Positions 26,366-39,285 of a DNA stretch of 64,000 bases are shown here, piece after piece. Every line of letters begins with the position of its first letter. Position 1 is the stretch's first letter. The stretch covers positions 164,860,001-164,924,000 of the forward strand of contig NC_058368.1 of assembly GCF_018350175.1 (NCBI RefSeq), in the 5' to 3' direction. A program made the translations under genes and the position numbers. The notes beneath the pieces are model-generated. The model searched no databases, was not told where the DNA came from, and saw nothing but the letters and a program-made list of their open reading frames with translations. Source of the stretch: Felis catus. Its lineage: Eukaryota.

Positions 26366-27734
26366 AGAAAAGGCATATGGACCTCTGTTTAGAGTGCTAA
26401 TGTATCAATAACATAATATATGTTGTGCAAATTCAGGCACAGAGATTCCATCTCTTTTTTGAAAAGAATAGCATTTGCATATCATAGGGAAAAAGTGAAA
26501 AAAAAAGGTACCAATGGAATTGCTACAGAAACTACTGGAAGATAGAGTTATATAAGGAAGATGATGATTAGCAGAGTAAAACACTTCATAAAATCAAGTA
26601 CAGAGGAGCCAGTAAAACATCTATTTGACCAGAGAATTAGAAATTGAAAGTACAGAGAAAGGGGCCCATTGTCAAAATATTTAATGCGGATGATATGTGA
26701 ACACCCCATTCAGAGAAGTAAGATTGAAGCTATTTCAAAAAATGCAAATGATTTCCCATGGCCATTGAATCACTTTCATATCACACAGTTTGTTATTCTT
26801 ACAATTTAGTGCTGAGAAGGTAGTGAGAGTTATAGTTATTAGAAAAATAGAACAGATGAAAGAGAGGATTTGGAAACATTGTCTACTGTCTTACCATTTC
26901 ATGAAGAGTTCCTATCAAAAAGGCTAAAATTGCAGTAATGCAGTAATGATCTTAATAAAGCCAAATCAGCATAAATGAAGTAATCATTTATCTGTTATAC
27001 AGTGTGTTCAATTAAATCTTAATAATAGATTGAGTTTTCTGCTACAGGACAATCAAAATCCTGGTCATATTAAAAATATATGTTTGCTATCAAGAAATAA
27101 ACTTGACATTTTGGACTTACTTTGAAAGGAGAAAATGGGGACTAGATGGATGAGAGATAAAGCATGTAGAAAATCAATCAAAAGGAAAGTTGCTTGACAT
27201 CTGTCAGAAAAGAAATTTCAAAGAAGTTAAAGGCTAAAGCAAGGTAGTAAAGGACATGAGCTCTGTTTAACAACTTTAACTTAGAAAATAAATGATGAAT
27301 TGTTTGAAGTCCTCTTAGTAAAGTACTATACTAGACTTTCTGCAGCCCTTCAGTACCAGACCTTCCTTTGGGAAACTGAATTTGCCCCAATATTAGTTCC
27401 CATTTTGGGGAGGGGGGCTGATGCCAATCATTTCTCCATTTCTATACCTGGCCTAGCCAATCAGAATTCTTTGTACCCTAAACAGAGGGATGAGATCTGA
27501 GATAGATGCATAATTAAGCCAGCCTAATGAGAACCATGCTATTGAATTTTTTTGAAACAGTTAGAAAACTGGAATTATCTTTTCCATAGAAATGTTAGCT
27601 GACAGTCTGGAAATGTAGTGATCATCACTACTGTATTGCACAAGAATGTTGAGACTGGATCCGTAGAGAAGAAAGAAAGCTAATAGACAAAAAGATATAT
27701 TATAACAACTCTGTTAGCCATGTGCTAATATAAC

Positions 27735-27865
27735 CATTTATAGAAGAAGAAATTGAAGCTCAGATACTTAATTTTCCAAGTCATTCAACCATTAGAATTC
27801 AGTGGCTAGGTCAGGACACAAACTCAGGATACATGATTCTAGATCCCTTACACTTTTCACAACAT
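27735..27865 (-). mobile_element. MIR relic
   Basis: ccatttatagaagaagaaattgaagctcaga...ccaagtcattca. Confidence 0.6.
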
Positions 27866-28497
27866 AAGCCTGAATTTTATATATGCTTTCTTATTTGATT
27901 TACTCAGAAACTCTTGAAGTTTACAGGGTATGTCATAACCCATCTAGAAGTGAGAAAACATGTAGGGCAAAGGTTAAAAATATATTCAAAATAACAAAGG
28001 AAGGAAACATTATTGAAACATGTATTCATATATTCTGATTAACAAAAAGAAAATGCATTCCCTCTGCAGCATAGAACTTTTATTAATTTATTTTGTAAAT
28101 GTTACTAAATACCTAAAAATAAATTCTGTCATAGCATCAAAATCAAATGATACTTGGCTCTTTTGTGTAAGTAGTGTATAGTTTAGAAGATTCTTTGTAA
28201 AAGTAATAGGAAATAGCTGATATATAATGAATCGAGCCAATAAATATCATTAAATGTGTTAGGAATTTTGAGGAAAATATTTAACATGATAGAATGATTT
28301 ACTTTATATCAAATCTTAATGCAGTCATAACTCCTCGAACTCTGACCTGAAGTACAGCTTAAATTGAGCATCTGTGAGCTGTTGGGGAAGGGAATGAGAA
28401 CTGTGCCTTCAAAGAAAAAGTAAATTGATAAATATTTTAAGTTCATAGAGGAAAAAATAGAGTTATTGATTCATTTCTGAAGAATGCTAAGCAGAGT

Positions 28498-28712
28498 GGG
28501 GCACCTGGGTGGCTCAGTCGGTTAAGTGGCCGACTTCGGCTCAGGTCATGATCTCGCGGTCCGTGAGTTCGAGCCCCATGTTGGGCTCTGTGCTGACAGC
28601 TCAGAGCCTGGAGCCTGCTTCAGATTCTGTGTCCCCCTCTGTCTCCACCCCACCCCTGCTTGTGCTCTCTCTCTGTCTTTCAAAAATGAATAAACATAAA
28701 AAATTTTTTTTT
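28498..28712 (+). mobile_element. Felid CanSINE, left monomer of a tandem pair
   Basis: ggggcacctgggtggctcagtcgg head; full body; tail ending in a T9 run. Confidence 0.96.
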
Positions 28713-28728
28713 AATTAATAACTTCCAT

Positions 28729-28950
28729 GGGGCGCCTGGGTGGCTCAGTCGGTTGAGCGTCCGACTTCAGCTCAGGTCATGATGTCACAATCCGTGAGTT
28801 CAGGCCCCGCGTCGGGCTCTGTGCTGACAGTTCAGAGCCTGGAGCCTGTTTCAGATTCTGTGTCTCCCTCTTTCTGACCCTCCCCTGTTCATTCTCTGTC
28901 TCTCCCTGTCTCAAAAATAAATAAAACGTTAAAAAAATTAAAAAAAAAAA
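28729..28950 (+). mobile_element. Felid CanSINE, right monomer of a tandem pair
   Basis: ggggcgcctgggtggctcagtcgg head; poly-A; followed by agaatgctaagcagagt, which also precedes the left monomer. Confidence 0.96.
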
Positions 28951-29129
28951 AGAATGCTAAGCAGAGTATGTTCAGTTTCACTCAATGGATTTTAACTCTT
29001 TATCAAATTACTGGGTCCGATTTTCATAAAATTTGAGGACACTTACATTCTAAAGACTGAAATAGTTCCTGACTAGCCTTTTAAGCTCCAGGAGATCAGA
29101 AGCCCTGTCTTTTTTCCCCCACCATCATT

Positions 29130-29450
29130 GTATGAATTAGTCTTAGATTTGGATGCATAAATAAGATAGAATTTGATTTATCTCTCACATAAAAAAGTCT
29201 AGAGGTCTAGAAATAAGCCGTCAGTCCAGGGCTGTGCAGGCATGAAGTGAAGTCACAGAGACAAAAGGAGACTCTGCATCTGAGATCTTTACACCCTCTT
29301 CCTGGAAGAAGTCCCACATCTTCCCACTTAGATATCAATGGCCAGAACTTACAGAAATGACTACATACCTAGTTGCAAGGAAGGTTAGAAAATGTCTTGT
29401 GAGCCCCGAAAAAAAAATAGTTTCTATTTCTAAAGAGAAGCAAAGCAAAT
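29130..29450 (-). mobile_element. ERVL-MaLR LTR fragment (MLT1J/K-like)
   Basis: ctctcacataaaaaagtctagagg ... atcaatggccagaact...cctagttgcaaggaaggttagaaaatgt. Confidence 0.55.
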
Positions 29451-30152
29451 AGGCTTTAAACATTGCTAAAATTATCATCTCTAAAGTACCTATCATCTCT
29501 AAAGGTCCTCATTTTAGCTGTTTTTCTAAAATTCTTTCACTCCTTCAGATCTTTGCACTTGGTTCCCTCTCTCGGGATCCACTTGCTCCTTTGCCTGTTT
29601 GCTCCATGTGGGCACACCCTTTCACGGCAATAAAATGGGAACGGGGCAAATTGTCTTTCAACATGTTAGTTTTTGTTACAAGCCCAGTCTTGGATGAAAC
29701 ACAAAAGGGGATTTATAAAAATCACTGATGTTGAGCCACAGTGCTCCATGACAGTAACTAAAAGAATAGGCATCATTTTTTTATTATTTAATTTGTATTG
29801 TCATTCATGACTAAGGCAGCTGGTTCCTTGTAAAGAAAGGTTATGAAGAGTCCTCAAAACTGTCTTTAATAATGCATTCAGACATTCTCTTCCATTTTTG
29901 ACCTTGATTTTTCATTTCAGCGAAGGTCTAAAGGATGCATTAGCTATGTGCACAAAGGCCTTTCTTTCCCCCTTTTTATGCTTAAGGGTTTTTCTTCATG
30001 AGAGGTGCTGAAGGAGTTGCTATTAAAGCACATATGTCTTAAATCAAAGATCCTCATTTACCTTTCTAAATTACTTGTTTTATTAATTTAATTCAAACTT
30101 GAAATAATATTAAGAGCAACTATGAGTTCTATGCTGGGCTAAGTCCTGGGAG

Positions 30153-30153
<1 letters not shown>

Positions 30154-30191
<38 letters not shown>
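30154..30191 (+). repeat. (CA)n microsatellite
   Basis: Direct reading. Confidence 0.97.
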
Positions 30192-30193
<2 letters not shown>

Positions 30194-30504
30194 TATTCCA
30201 GTTCTGTAAAGAGCATGCTTTATAAATAGGAGACAGGTATAAAATAAGTGAATCTACTACTAGATATATTTTTACAAATTTTAATAATTCTACAAAGCAA
30301 GAGTTCCACAAAAGAGAATAATATGTGGGTGACATAGGATTTCAGAGGCAATCCTTCATTGGGAGATGATCCCATTTGAGTTATGGTCTGGAGAATGGAC
30401 AGGAAGAGTTATACAGATGAGGAATAAAAGGGGAAGATTTCTTTGTCAGGGAACATGAGTAGGACTGATGTATGCATCTACATAAGGGAAATGGAGTTGT
30501 AGTG

Positions 30505-30770
30505 TATATCCATTTATTCCACTGAAATCTATAGAGCATCTGGTCTAGGGACATGGCATAACAGGATAGTGAGATATTGATTGTGCCTGGCCTCAAAATG
30601 TTTACAGTTGAATGGGAAGAACACCCTTAAATGAGTGCAATGTAGCAATATACACAACTACTAGAAGTATTTCCAGCTTGCAATAGGCAGAAAGAATCAT
30701 TGTCTAATTCTCCTAGAGATGGGAAGAGGCTTGTTGGTGGAGGGGCTGACTTTTGAGCTGTGGGGGCATA
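30505..30770 (-). mobile_element. L2 relic
   Basis: tccatttattccactgaaatctatagagcatc...cctggcctcaaaatgtttacagtt. Confidence 0.5.
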
Positions 30771-31787
30771 AATTTTCTAACTCCGGTTTCTGTGTCTTAT
30801 TATCTTCTGGAGGATTTATTGATCTTTATCAAACACCTATGATATTTGCAGCTTTGTGTTACTAGCTGAGAAGAAACAAGAAGCCTTAAAATCAGTCATT
30901 TTTGGATCAGGTTTGCTGGCCTTAAAAGTTTTCTAACACACTAGGTTAAGAACTTTTATTTTATCTGTTCATTTAATTTTCCACAGAGCCTTTTCATACA
31001 AACATAATCTCAGGTAAAAGCCTAATATGTAAACTAGAGGAAGTCCAATAACTAATTCTGACTGAAATCTCAGGGTTAGTAAACTGACAACTTGATTATA
31101 ACCGCTGCTCTCATTCCATGAGAAACTAGATGCATGGCCCCTGTTCCCTGGTAATGTAGATTTTTGGGATGTATGAAACCATATCCTAGTTATCTTACAC
31201 TTGTCTTTTAAATTAATATTTAATTTAATTAATATTAATTTAATATCTACCTTTTACTAATTGTTATTTTACTTATCAATTTACGATTACATCTTTTGCC
31301 AATGTTAGAAGTTTCTACATGGAAAACTAATGTTTAACTTTTGAAATTTGGTATGCTTTAGTAAAGCAGAATAATTGTAGAGGAAGAAAAATAGTCCTCA
31401 GACCTCACTAAAAGCAAAAACCATCAGAAGCCCATGAAAATAAAGCTATTTCAAAAATATAGTTTGATGAGAAGTGTATAAACAAGAGATAATTCTGAAG
31501 ACTAGTGATTTGTTATAAAGTTGTTGATAAAAATGACTTTTAAAGGTGCAGTGATAAAAATATAAATGAGAAGTCCTTTCTGAATCTCTTAACTCAATAA
31601 ACCTAGGCTAGAGCAACATAATATATCTATACAGTCACAAGTTATAACCAATTATGTGATTATCAACTAAATAGTAAAAGAAATTCCAGTCAAACCAGGA
31701 TATTGTTTTAGTGTAAAAACTTTTCTTTAATGCATAGTTTCCTCTATTTGAATTTCATTTATAAATTATTTTAGGTTCAAGCTCAAG

Positions 31788-31796
31788 TTTTCTTTT

Positions 31797-31844
<48 letters not shown>

Positions 31845-32020
31845 TCGTTTTAAGTTTCTTTAGTTTGGGGGCAGGGAGGGGCAGAGAGAGAGAATCCCAA
31901 GCATTCTCCACGCTGTCAGCACAGAGCCCAATGTGGGGCTCCATCTCACAAACCGTGAGATCCTGACCTGAGCCAAAGCCAAGAGTCAGATGCTTAACTG
32001 ACTGAACCATGAGGTTCCCC
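31788..32020 (-). mobile_element. CanSINE whose tail has expanded into a (GAAA)n tetranucleotide microsatellite
   Basis: (TTTC)n at about 31795-31846; body ending ...ctgaaccatgaggttcccc; TSD caagctca. Confidence 0.93.
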
Positions 32021-32749
32021 ACAAGCTCACTTTTTCTTAAGAGGAGATAAAAAACAAAGTTGAAGGGATCTGATTCTAACATTTCCAAAAATCAAAGAAG
32101 AAAATCGAATAGAGAAATTATGACTATGTATGGGTAATGCAAAACTTATCAGCCAAATAGTTAAATTCCATTTAAAGGAAAAACCTACTGAAACAATTAA
32201 TAAAGTAAATGCAGTAATTTGGCACGATACTTGGACAGATAAAAGTATTATTGATACTGTTTTTTATTTCAATTTCCTGTGTTGACCTTGATGAGAAAGA
32301 ATGGCTAATTTTTTATAATCTTTAAAAGGCCTGGGTACAAAGGAAAAAAGAATATTAGACAACGTATGATTCATTCCTGCCTATGTGGTTCATCATATTC
32401 TTTGAAAGTCCATTCATAGAAGGGGCCACAAGAGGAAAAGCCCAGCAGTAGTTACTAGTCACCACATTTCAAGAAGCAAAAACATATCAAAAACTCAAAA
32501 CCTTTTTTCTTTAAAGTCTTGGAAAACAATCTCCCCTGAACTTCTTACAAGTTTAAAAATCAAAGTACTAACCATAGCACTGAAATATTATCGATGTGCC
32601 ATTCTCAAAAGGATACTTTTTCAGTGTTTCAAAGAAAGGAACATTGTAAAGGTCTGAAATGCTATTTTTAATATCTAACAATCCTTGACTGTTACGAAAC
32701 AGGATGAGTCAATCCAAAAAATGAGGATCTGGATTGAGTAAATAATCAA

Positions 32750-33305
32750 ATCTATCCATTAGAATTCAGTTACAAATGACTGAAAATCAAATTCAAAATG
32801 GCTCTACCCAAAAGAGAATTTATTAGGTCATTTTACTGGAAAAGCACTTGTATTAACTCATAAACTGTCTGGCTTTGGACAAGAAGACAGGAGCTCAGTG
32901 AGATCATCAGGCTCAGTTGTTCTATCTCCATCTCTGTTTCCTTTTTTGGAACAGGCCCTACTTTTAGGTGTCATGTCATTGTCATGTGGAGGTCCCACTC
33001 CTTTCATTAGATATGAAATCTAATCTAGTAGGAATATGTGCTTGCATATCCTCCATTAGGCACATGCCCATCACAGAGTCTATGGCTGCAGCCAAGACTA
33101 TAAGATATGTTGACTGACCTGGGTCTGTATCACATGACCACCCCTGTAGCCTCACCAGACTCTACCAATAGCTACAGGGTAAAGCTGAAGGTAAAGCCTC
33201 ACCTAGAATTATGATCTGGGACTTAGTAGGGAAAAATACACAAAAGAAAATAGAGACTGTTCCTGGAAGAATGGAAGCAAAATAATAGTAATAATAGTTT
33301 ACTAC
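32750..33305 (-). mobile_element. Old ERVL-MaLR LTR (MLT1K/L-like)
   Basis: cagttacaaatgactgaaaatcaaattcaaaatggct...gaatttattagg...gactgacctgggtctgtatcacatgaccacccctg. Confidence 0.55.
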
Positions 33306-33335
33306 AATTTTTAATAAATTTTCTGGGAATATTTG

Positions 33336-33670
33336 TGCTTGGACTGAATGTTTGTGTTCCTCTAAAATTCATACACTGCCACTCTAATCACCAATGTGAT
33401 GGTATTTGGAGGCGGGGCCTTGGGAGGTAATTAGGGTTAGATGATGTCATGAGGGTGGGGTCCTCATGGGATTAATGACCATAAATAGATGAGACAGATC
33501 TCATTCTTTCCATAAGGTGAGAAAACCAGTAAGAGGGCTTTCACCTGAATCAAACGATGGCACTCTGATTTCAGACTTCCCAGACTCCAGAGCTGTGAGA
33601 AATAAATGTGTGTGGTTAAGCCACTAAGTCTATAGTATTTCTGTTATAGCAGCTGGAAATGACTAACATA
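33336..33670 (+). mobile_element. MLT1A-type solo LTR
   Basis: tgcttggactgaatgtttgtgttcctctaaaattcata...agaaataaatg...gttatagcagc...gactaacata; imperfect 5-bp TSD atttg/aattg. Confidence 0.88.
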
Positions 33671-36399
33671 AATTGTGAACTTAATGCTATAATATGTTAT
33701 TTTAGTTGCTAGAATTTTCACAACACACTGTACTTGATGACTTCTTAATCAGTACTTTTATTTTATTATTATTCCATTATTTTTCCAAGTTTCAAAAATA
33801 ATAGGATACTAAGAAGAATCACAATATGCAATTTCAAAACACTGATTCTTAATGAGTGCACAAAAACACAGTATTGAAATGGACAGATCCATGAACTTAA
33901 ATATCTCAAATGTTCTTGAACTTTTAAAATTATCTTTATTTTTAAAATTATCTTTGAATAATCAGGAAAGAAAAAAATTTGCCTTCCACTATTCATGAAC
34001 AAACAAATCTGCTTTCCTATTTAATTTAAATCTAAGTTTACACTCTGCTGCTGTCCTTTCTGAGTGTGCTAACTTTAAATTATTACAACAGATTAAGGAT
34101 TATTCTTATATTTTAGGAAATATTCCTGTATTTTAGGAAAGAAAGACAAAAGAAAGATGAGATTGAGTGTAGGAGAAGAAATAGAAGATAAACGGAAGGA
34201 AAAGGAGTAAGGAAAGAAGGAGTTAAAAAAAAAGAAGGAAGAATACATTTTATTCTTAGCATAATCAGCAAAGCATTGTTTATTTGTAATGGGGATACCT
34301 TAATCAGGCATTATAAACTAAGTTAATTTATTTTTGGTGTCTTAGTTTCTTTAAAATTATTCTGTTTACTAAAATTTCTTTGTTTTAAAAACAAGCACTA
34401 CTGAGAAACAAAACAAACAAGCAAGCAGACAAACAAGCCCTTTTCCTTGCTGGCTTTCAGTCATTTTTTTTCCCTTAAATGCAGAAACACAGCAGAGTTT
34501 TATCACCAGAGACAAAAGCACACAATTTCCCAAACCATCCTGAGCGTGAGCTACAGGGCATGACCACGGGATGGTGTTATCTGGTCGTGTTTTATGTTTT
34601 ATATCTCTCATCCGCTGCTTAGTTAAATAATTTCCTTTTTGTCCTCTGTAGGTATGAGAAAAAGTTTGTTTAAATGTGAAATTGTTTCAGTGTATTTTAA
34701 CTTAACAGTGAAAAGATTCAGCCCATGCTATAGCATACAAACGTATCTTGGAAAGTTTAAATAAAGAGCAGTAAAAATGTGCATTAGAAAAGTACAGATG
34801 TGCTTAAGCAAAACTGGCTCAAAGATGTACTTGGATTACATTTAATTGTCTTTACTTCATGATACCTTCTAGTGTCTCATCAAGTTACATGCCTTATTTT
34901 TTAAATCAATAATGGTATTTTATTGTGTAAAGACATGAAGACAGAAATAGAAATATTTTTATAATTATTTCTCTATCACGTTCTGTGTTGCTTATTTCAA
35001 ATTGAAATCTGATGTTTCCACAGGACTTAGCCTCATGTTGAGTTACTTTGGATTGCATTGAGATGATTTCCAAAGGTGACTAAAATTGGTCAATGAGAAG
35101 CTAAATTAACATATTGGAACTTTTTATTAAATATTTAACTTACTACACAGTTTATTCAAAGTTACATAAAAATACAAAGGACTTCATATTTTATGTATAA
35201 AAATCTTTGTTTTATACCCCTGTATAACATAGGAATTATTTTTTCATCCACAACGGTTAAATTATGGTGGAATTTGGAACCCACTAAAATGTTTGGAAGG
35301 GACTAGGATGCCTTTGTAAAATGTCCTCTCTCCCTCTTGGCAAGGGTCAGAAGATAACAGTGTGCTCTGAGTGTCCTTGGCCTCTGGACAATGAGGATAA
35401 AGGAGCATGTCTGATGCTTGTGGCCTGTGTGCCCACAGCTGAAGGTCCCAAAAGCATGAAACACCTGCTCTGCCAGCACCTCCTTGAGTTCCCAAGCCCC
35501 CATTTTCGTGACCATAAATTAGGTTATTCAGGTGGGGTAGTATTGATGGCTAGTTATAGTTAACCTATTACACATGTCACTTGAGCCACATGGATTCTCC
35601 TGTCACTTCTTTTCACCTTACCAGGACAAACTCGCTTAAAAGTCAACCCATCATCACACTGGAACAACAAACTTTTTCTCAAGGGAAAAACTTGGTCCAC
35701 TTGTATTTCACTTTAACTTCATGCCAAGCTGTAGTTTCATGGCAAATCCTCTATCATATTTATGTAGGGCCTGTCCCTCTTCCCTCTTTTGAAGATTATA
35801 CTTCTTACTTTGTTACTTCATCCTCCAGAAGGCAGTTTTATAAGCTTAAGCAAAGGGAAAGTCTTTCTTAGAGCTTAAAAAGCAGACATAATTACTACCT
35901 TATAAAATTTATGGTTTGTTGTTAAAAAGGAGGGTGTGGGGAGACATCTATCTTTACTGCCTTGAAAATATTCTAAAACCAGGACCAATTGATTAATCTG
36001 CAAACCACTATAGCTGCCTCTTCAGCTTGTTACTTCTTTCTGCCCTCATTCATTTTTCCTCATAGGATTCTTCACAGGATAAAAGCCTCCCCACCCTTAG
36101 ATTCTGATTGTTTGTCTGTATTTATGGTTTAAAAGTATGTTTACATTGAACAGTGTGTTCCTTATTCAGCTGAACCCTTTCCGCATATGAGTACAATCAA
36201 ATGAATATTCTGCAGAAGCTAATTTTTAAATGCTTTTCCTATTAGTTATTTTTTCAAGCAGAAGAATGAAAAAAAAAAAAAAAAAAACCTCCCACCCTTG
36301 TAAGTGAACTGCCATTCAAAAGATCCTAAGGCCCAAAGCCAATTTTAGGGCTTTTTCTCATTTCCTTTCCAGGGTGACTGCCAATTTCACATTAAGCAG

Positions 36400-37750
36400 A
36401 AAATATCTCTTTATTCTTTCTTCAACCTTTCTTCAGCCAAGAAGATTATCCTTCTCCAGGATGTGCTAATCAACTCCATGACTTTCTTTTTCTAGGTTTC
36501 TCATTGCACCAAGAGGTACTTTGTTTCTGTTTTAATAGACCAATCCGTATCCTCCTTTCCACTGGCCAGCAGAGCACATGACCTGCCATGTAGGAGCTGC
36601 ATGTCTCCTGTTCGGATCAATGTGTAACACCATTCCAGAGAGTCTGGCAATGCTTGTGTTGCATTTCCCTCTGACTGGAGTCCTTCTAGACAATATCCAG
36701 GCTCTCCCAAGCTTCCAGAAAGCATGCATTGCGTGCCACTAATCTTTCGTTCAAACAGTAATCAATGTGTGTAGTTTGATTGTATTTCTTTCTCTCTTCG
36801 TGTTCCCCTGGAAAACTATTACTAAAATTATTGTTGGGCTTACCATTTATGGAGAATTAGAATTAAAGAAGCAGCATATTTTCTTGTGTGACGAATTTGG
36901 GAAGGACTTAATGTAAACAAAAATCAACTTTTGTGCTCTAGGGAAAGGTTGGATGTTTAGATTAACAAAACAAATGATCTAGCTTTACGAAAGAGGCTTC
37001 AGAACATCACAGCTTAGAAAATTAATTTACAGCTTAAAAATGAGTAAGCATGGTTTTCTCTAGTGCTTCCGGCGCTCACATACATCGCTGAAATGCCACA
37101 GTGCAGCTGAGTGCGGTTGGCGGACTTGAGGCACTCTGTTCGAAAGCACAATTTTCTCTTAATGCTTAAGGATCACTCTGCAATTGCTGTGATTAATTGA
37201 AACAATACATTTAAATGTTGCTGAGCTGCCACTAGTTTATTAAAGGAGGCAATTCGCTTCCAGAGACTCTTTATTCCACGTAACGCTGCCAAGCTCTGGT
37301 TCCCAGAAAGAAGGGACAAGGTTGCAGGTACCAAGTCACTTTCCACAATGTATAATTTCACATAGAAATGTATCACAATAACTGTTTAGTCTTTACTGAC
37401 GCCACTTTTGTGATTATGAGGACATTACATTTAGAGTAGGGCAATTTAAGTTCGCGTTAGCCAGAGCCAGTGATCATCCCTCACCCCTGACCTTCAGGTT
37501 AATGAGAAGTTCCTCTGGGTAATTGTCCTCCCTTAAGACAGCCCTGTGCTATGTAATCTTTATCGCTGTAAAATGACATTTAAAGTTTGTTTTACATGAG
37601 CAAGTAGGAGAACATTATTTCTGCAGTGAGCAATAATTATCTGCCTCCTAGCTGAAAATACATGCTGTGGATAAATTGTGTTCATCTGGTAGCCTTTGTT
37701 TGTAAGACAAGTTAATTAAAAGAGGAATGTTGAAAAATATGTTTGCCCAC
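36400..37750. promoter_or_regulatory. Candidate conserved non-coding element (enhancer or alternative promoter)
   Basis: No recognisable repeats; about 19 CpGs counted by eye in 36540-37570 against a CpG-poor background; ETS cttccgg, SOX aacaat and homeobox tgattaattg motifs. Confidence 0.45.
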
Positions 37751-38182
37751 TGAGTGCTGATGGAGTAATAATATTACTTTACAAGAAAACATTACACACA
37801 AAACAACTTTGGTTTTGTCCTGAAGTTACGAAAGAAAATGAGGTAAATGAAATGTTCCTGCAAGCAAAATTTTGATCACAATAAAAAAGAACAGATGAGA
37901 CAAAATATCTATTTATTCTAATCAAGTAATAAAAGTCTAACATTCTGTGTACCCAGGTAGTATTTGTTCCATTTAGCCTGGACAAGAAATATTAAACCTA
38001 ACAACATGTTCTTATTAAAATATCCAAGTAATTCTCTATACTCAATATCGGTTGGCTAGGCTCTTACAGTCAGTGTCTTTACTAAAAATGTATTAACTAT
38101 TTAACGTTTGCACATACTGTAGTTATCTCCTATATGCCTTGTAAAAAACATGCTTGTAGTTATGTATTAAAAGCTAATTTGT

Positions 38183-38415
38183 GGGGCGCCTGGGTGGCGC
38201 AGTCGGTTAAGCGTCCGACTTCAGCCAGGTCACCATCTCGCGGTCCGGGAGTTGGAGCCCCGCGTCGGGCTCTGGGCTGATGATGGCTCAGAGCCTGGAG
38301 CCTGTTTCCGATTCTGTGTCTCCCTCTCTCTCTCTGCCCCTCCCCCGTTCATGGTCTGTCTCTCTCTGTCCCAAAAATAAATAAACGTTGAAAAAAAAAA
38401 TTAAAAAAAAAAAAA
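38183..38415 (+). mobile_element. Young felid CanSINE (SINEC_Fc-type)
   Basis: Intact CpGs, long poly-A, perfect TSD aaaagctaatttgt at 38169-38182 and 38416-38429. Confidence 0.97.
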
Positions 38416-39129
38416 AAAAGCTAATTTGTTATTTTTTTTTGAAGAGACCAGTAACTCAAATTGGACTTTGAGTCAAATTTAGCATATTCCGGGAATAACT
38501 TACTAATTTTTAATGGAGACATCTGGCCTTTTAAAAAGCATCCTAACATTAAGGTTGTATATCCGCTCATTGAAATTAGGTTTTGGTGTCCATATTTTGT
38601 GGAAAATAAATTTTAAACTAATTTTTTCCATCAAAAATTTTGAGCAGCCTGTCACATTTGCTAATTATAATAGTAACTCATCTGACAGCACATCTGTCAA
38701 CAGAATTCAGTTGTCATATCCCTATATCAAGAAACCATGATAAATCTAAGATTATGTCTATCTATACTAAGGCAACACTTTCACCTGGGGACCATCCCAC
38801 TAAATTGGGGCTTCTCTCTATTGTTGTTTCCACTGGTACAGCAATGGAGATGATATTGCATTAAAACTCCAGACTCTTCCTAGCAGAGGCAAAGGTGAGA
38901 TACAATTAGGGTTGGCTAATGACTCCCATTCGGTTAGTACAAAAGCCTGTTTATATAATCAGTATTTTAAAGTATGTTTACTTGAGAGCTTTAGAGGTGC
39001 CTATTTTGATCTTCAGCATTAGGAAATGGAGGTAAAAGGGATATGGCCTATTAACAAAGCCTCCCCCATGCTTATCATGTTTATGCTCACCGACTTTGAA
39101 TTCTTTTTTAAAAACCTGTGGAGAGTCAT

Positions 39130-39285
39130 TTCTGACTCAGGCTATTCAAGAATCTGATGAAAGATATATAAAGTTTCTCCAAAAAAAAAAAAAAAGATAC
39201 ATCACATGATTTTGCATGCAGTTTCAGGAGATTAATGGACAACCTGAAGTTCATGGAGTCATGAATTCGAGGTTAAGAACATCTG
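39130..39285. mobile_element. MER103-like hAT-Charlie MITE relic
   Basis: gaatctgatgaaag...attttgcatgcagtttcaggagatt...cctgaag...aggttaagaacatctg. Confidence 0.6.

Noticed and set aside
25980..26411. Longest ORF (143 aa)
   Set aside because: Runs through a CanSINE; the translation is typical SINE-derived sequence with a non-ATG start.
31208..31243. 13-bp pure-AT inverted repeat
   Set aside because: Low complexity; expected in AT-rich DNA.
36539..36742. Open + strand frame after ttttaatag (TNPYPPFHWPAEHM...)
   Set aside because: No recognisable homology and no supporting exons; only BLASTX or PhyloCSF could rescue it.
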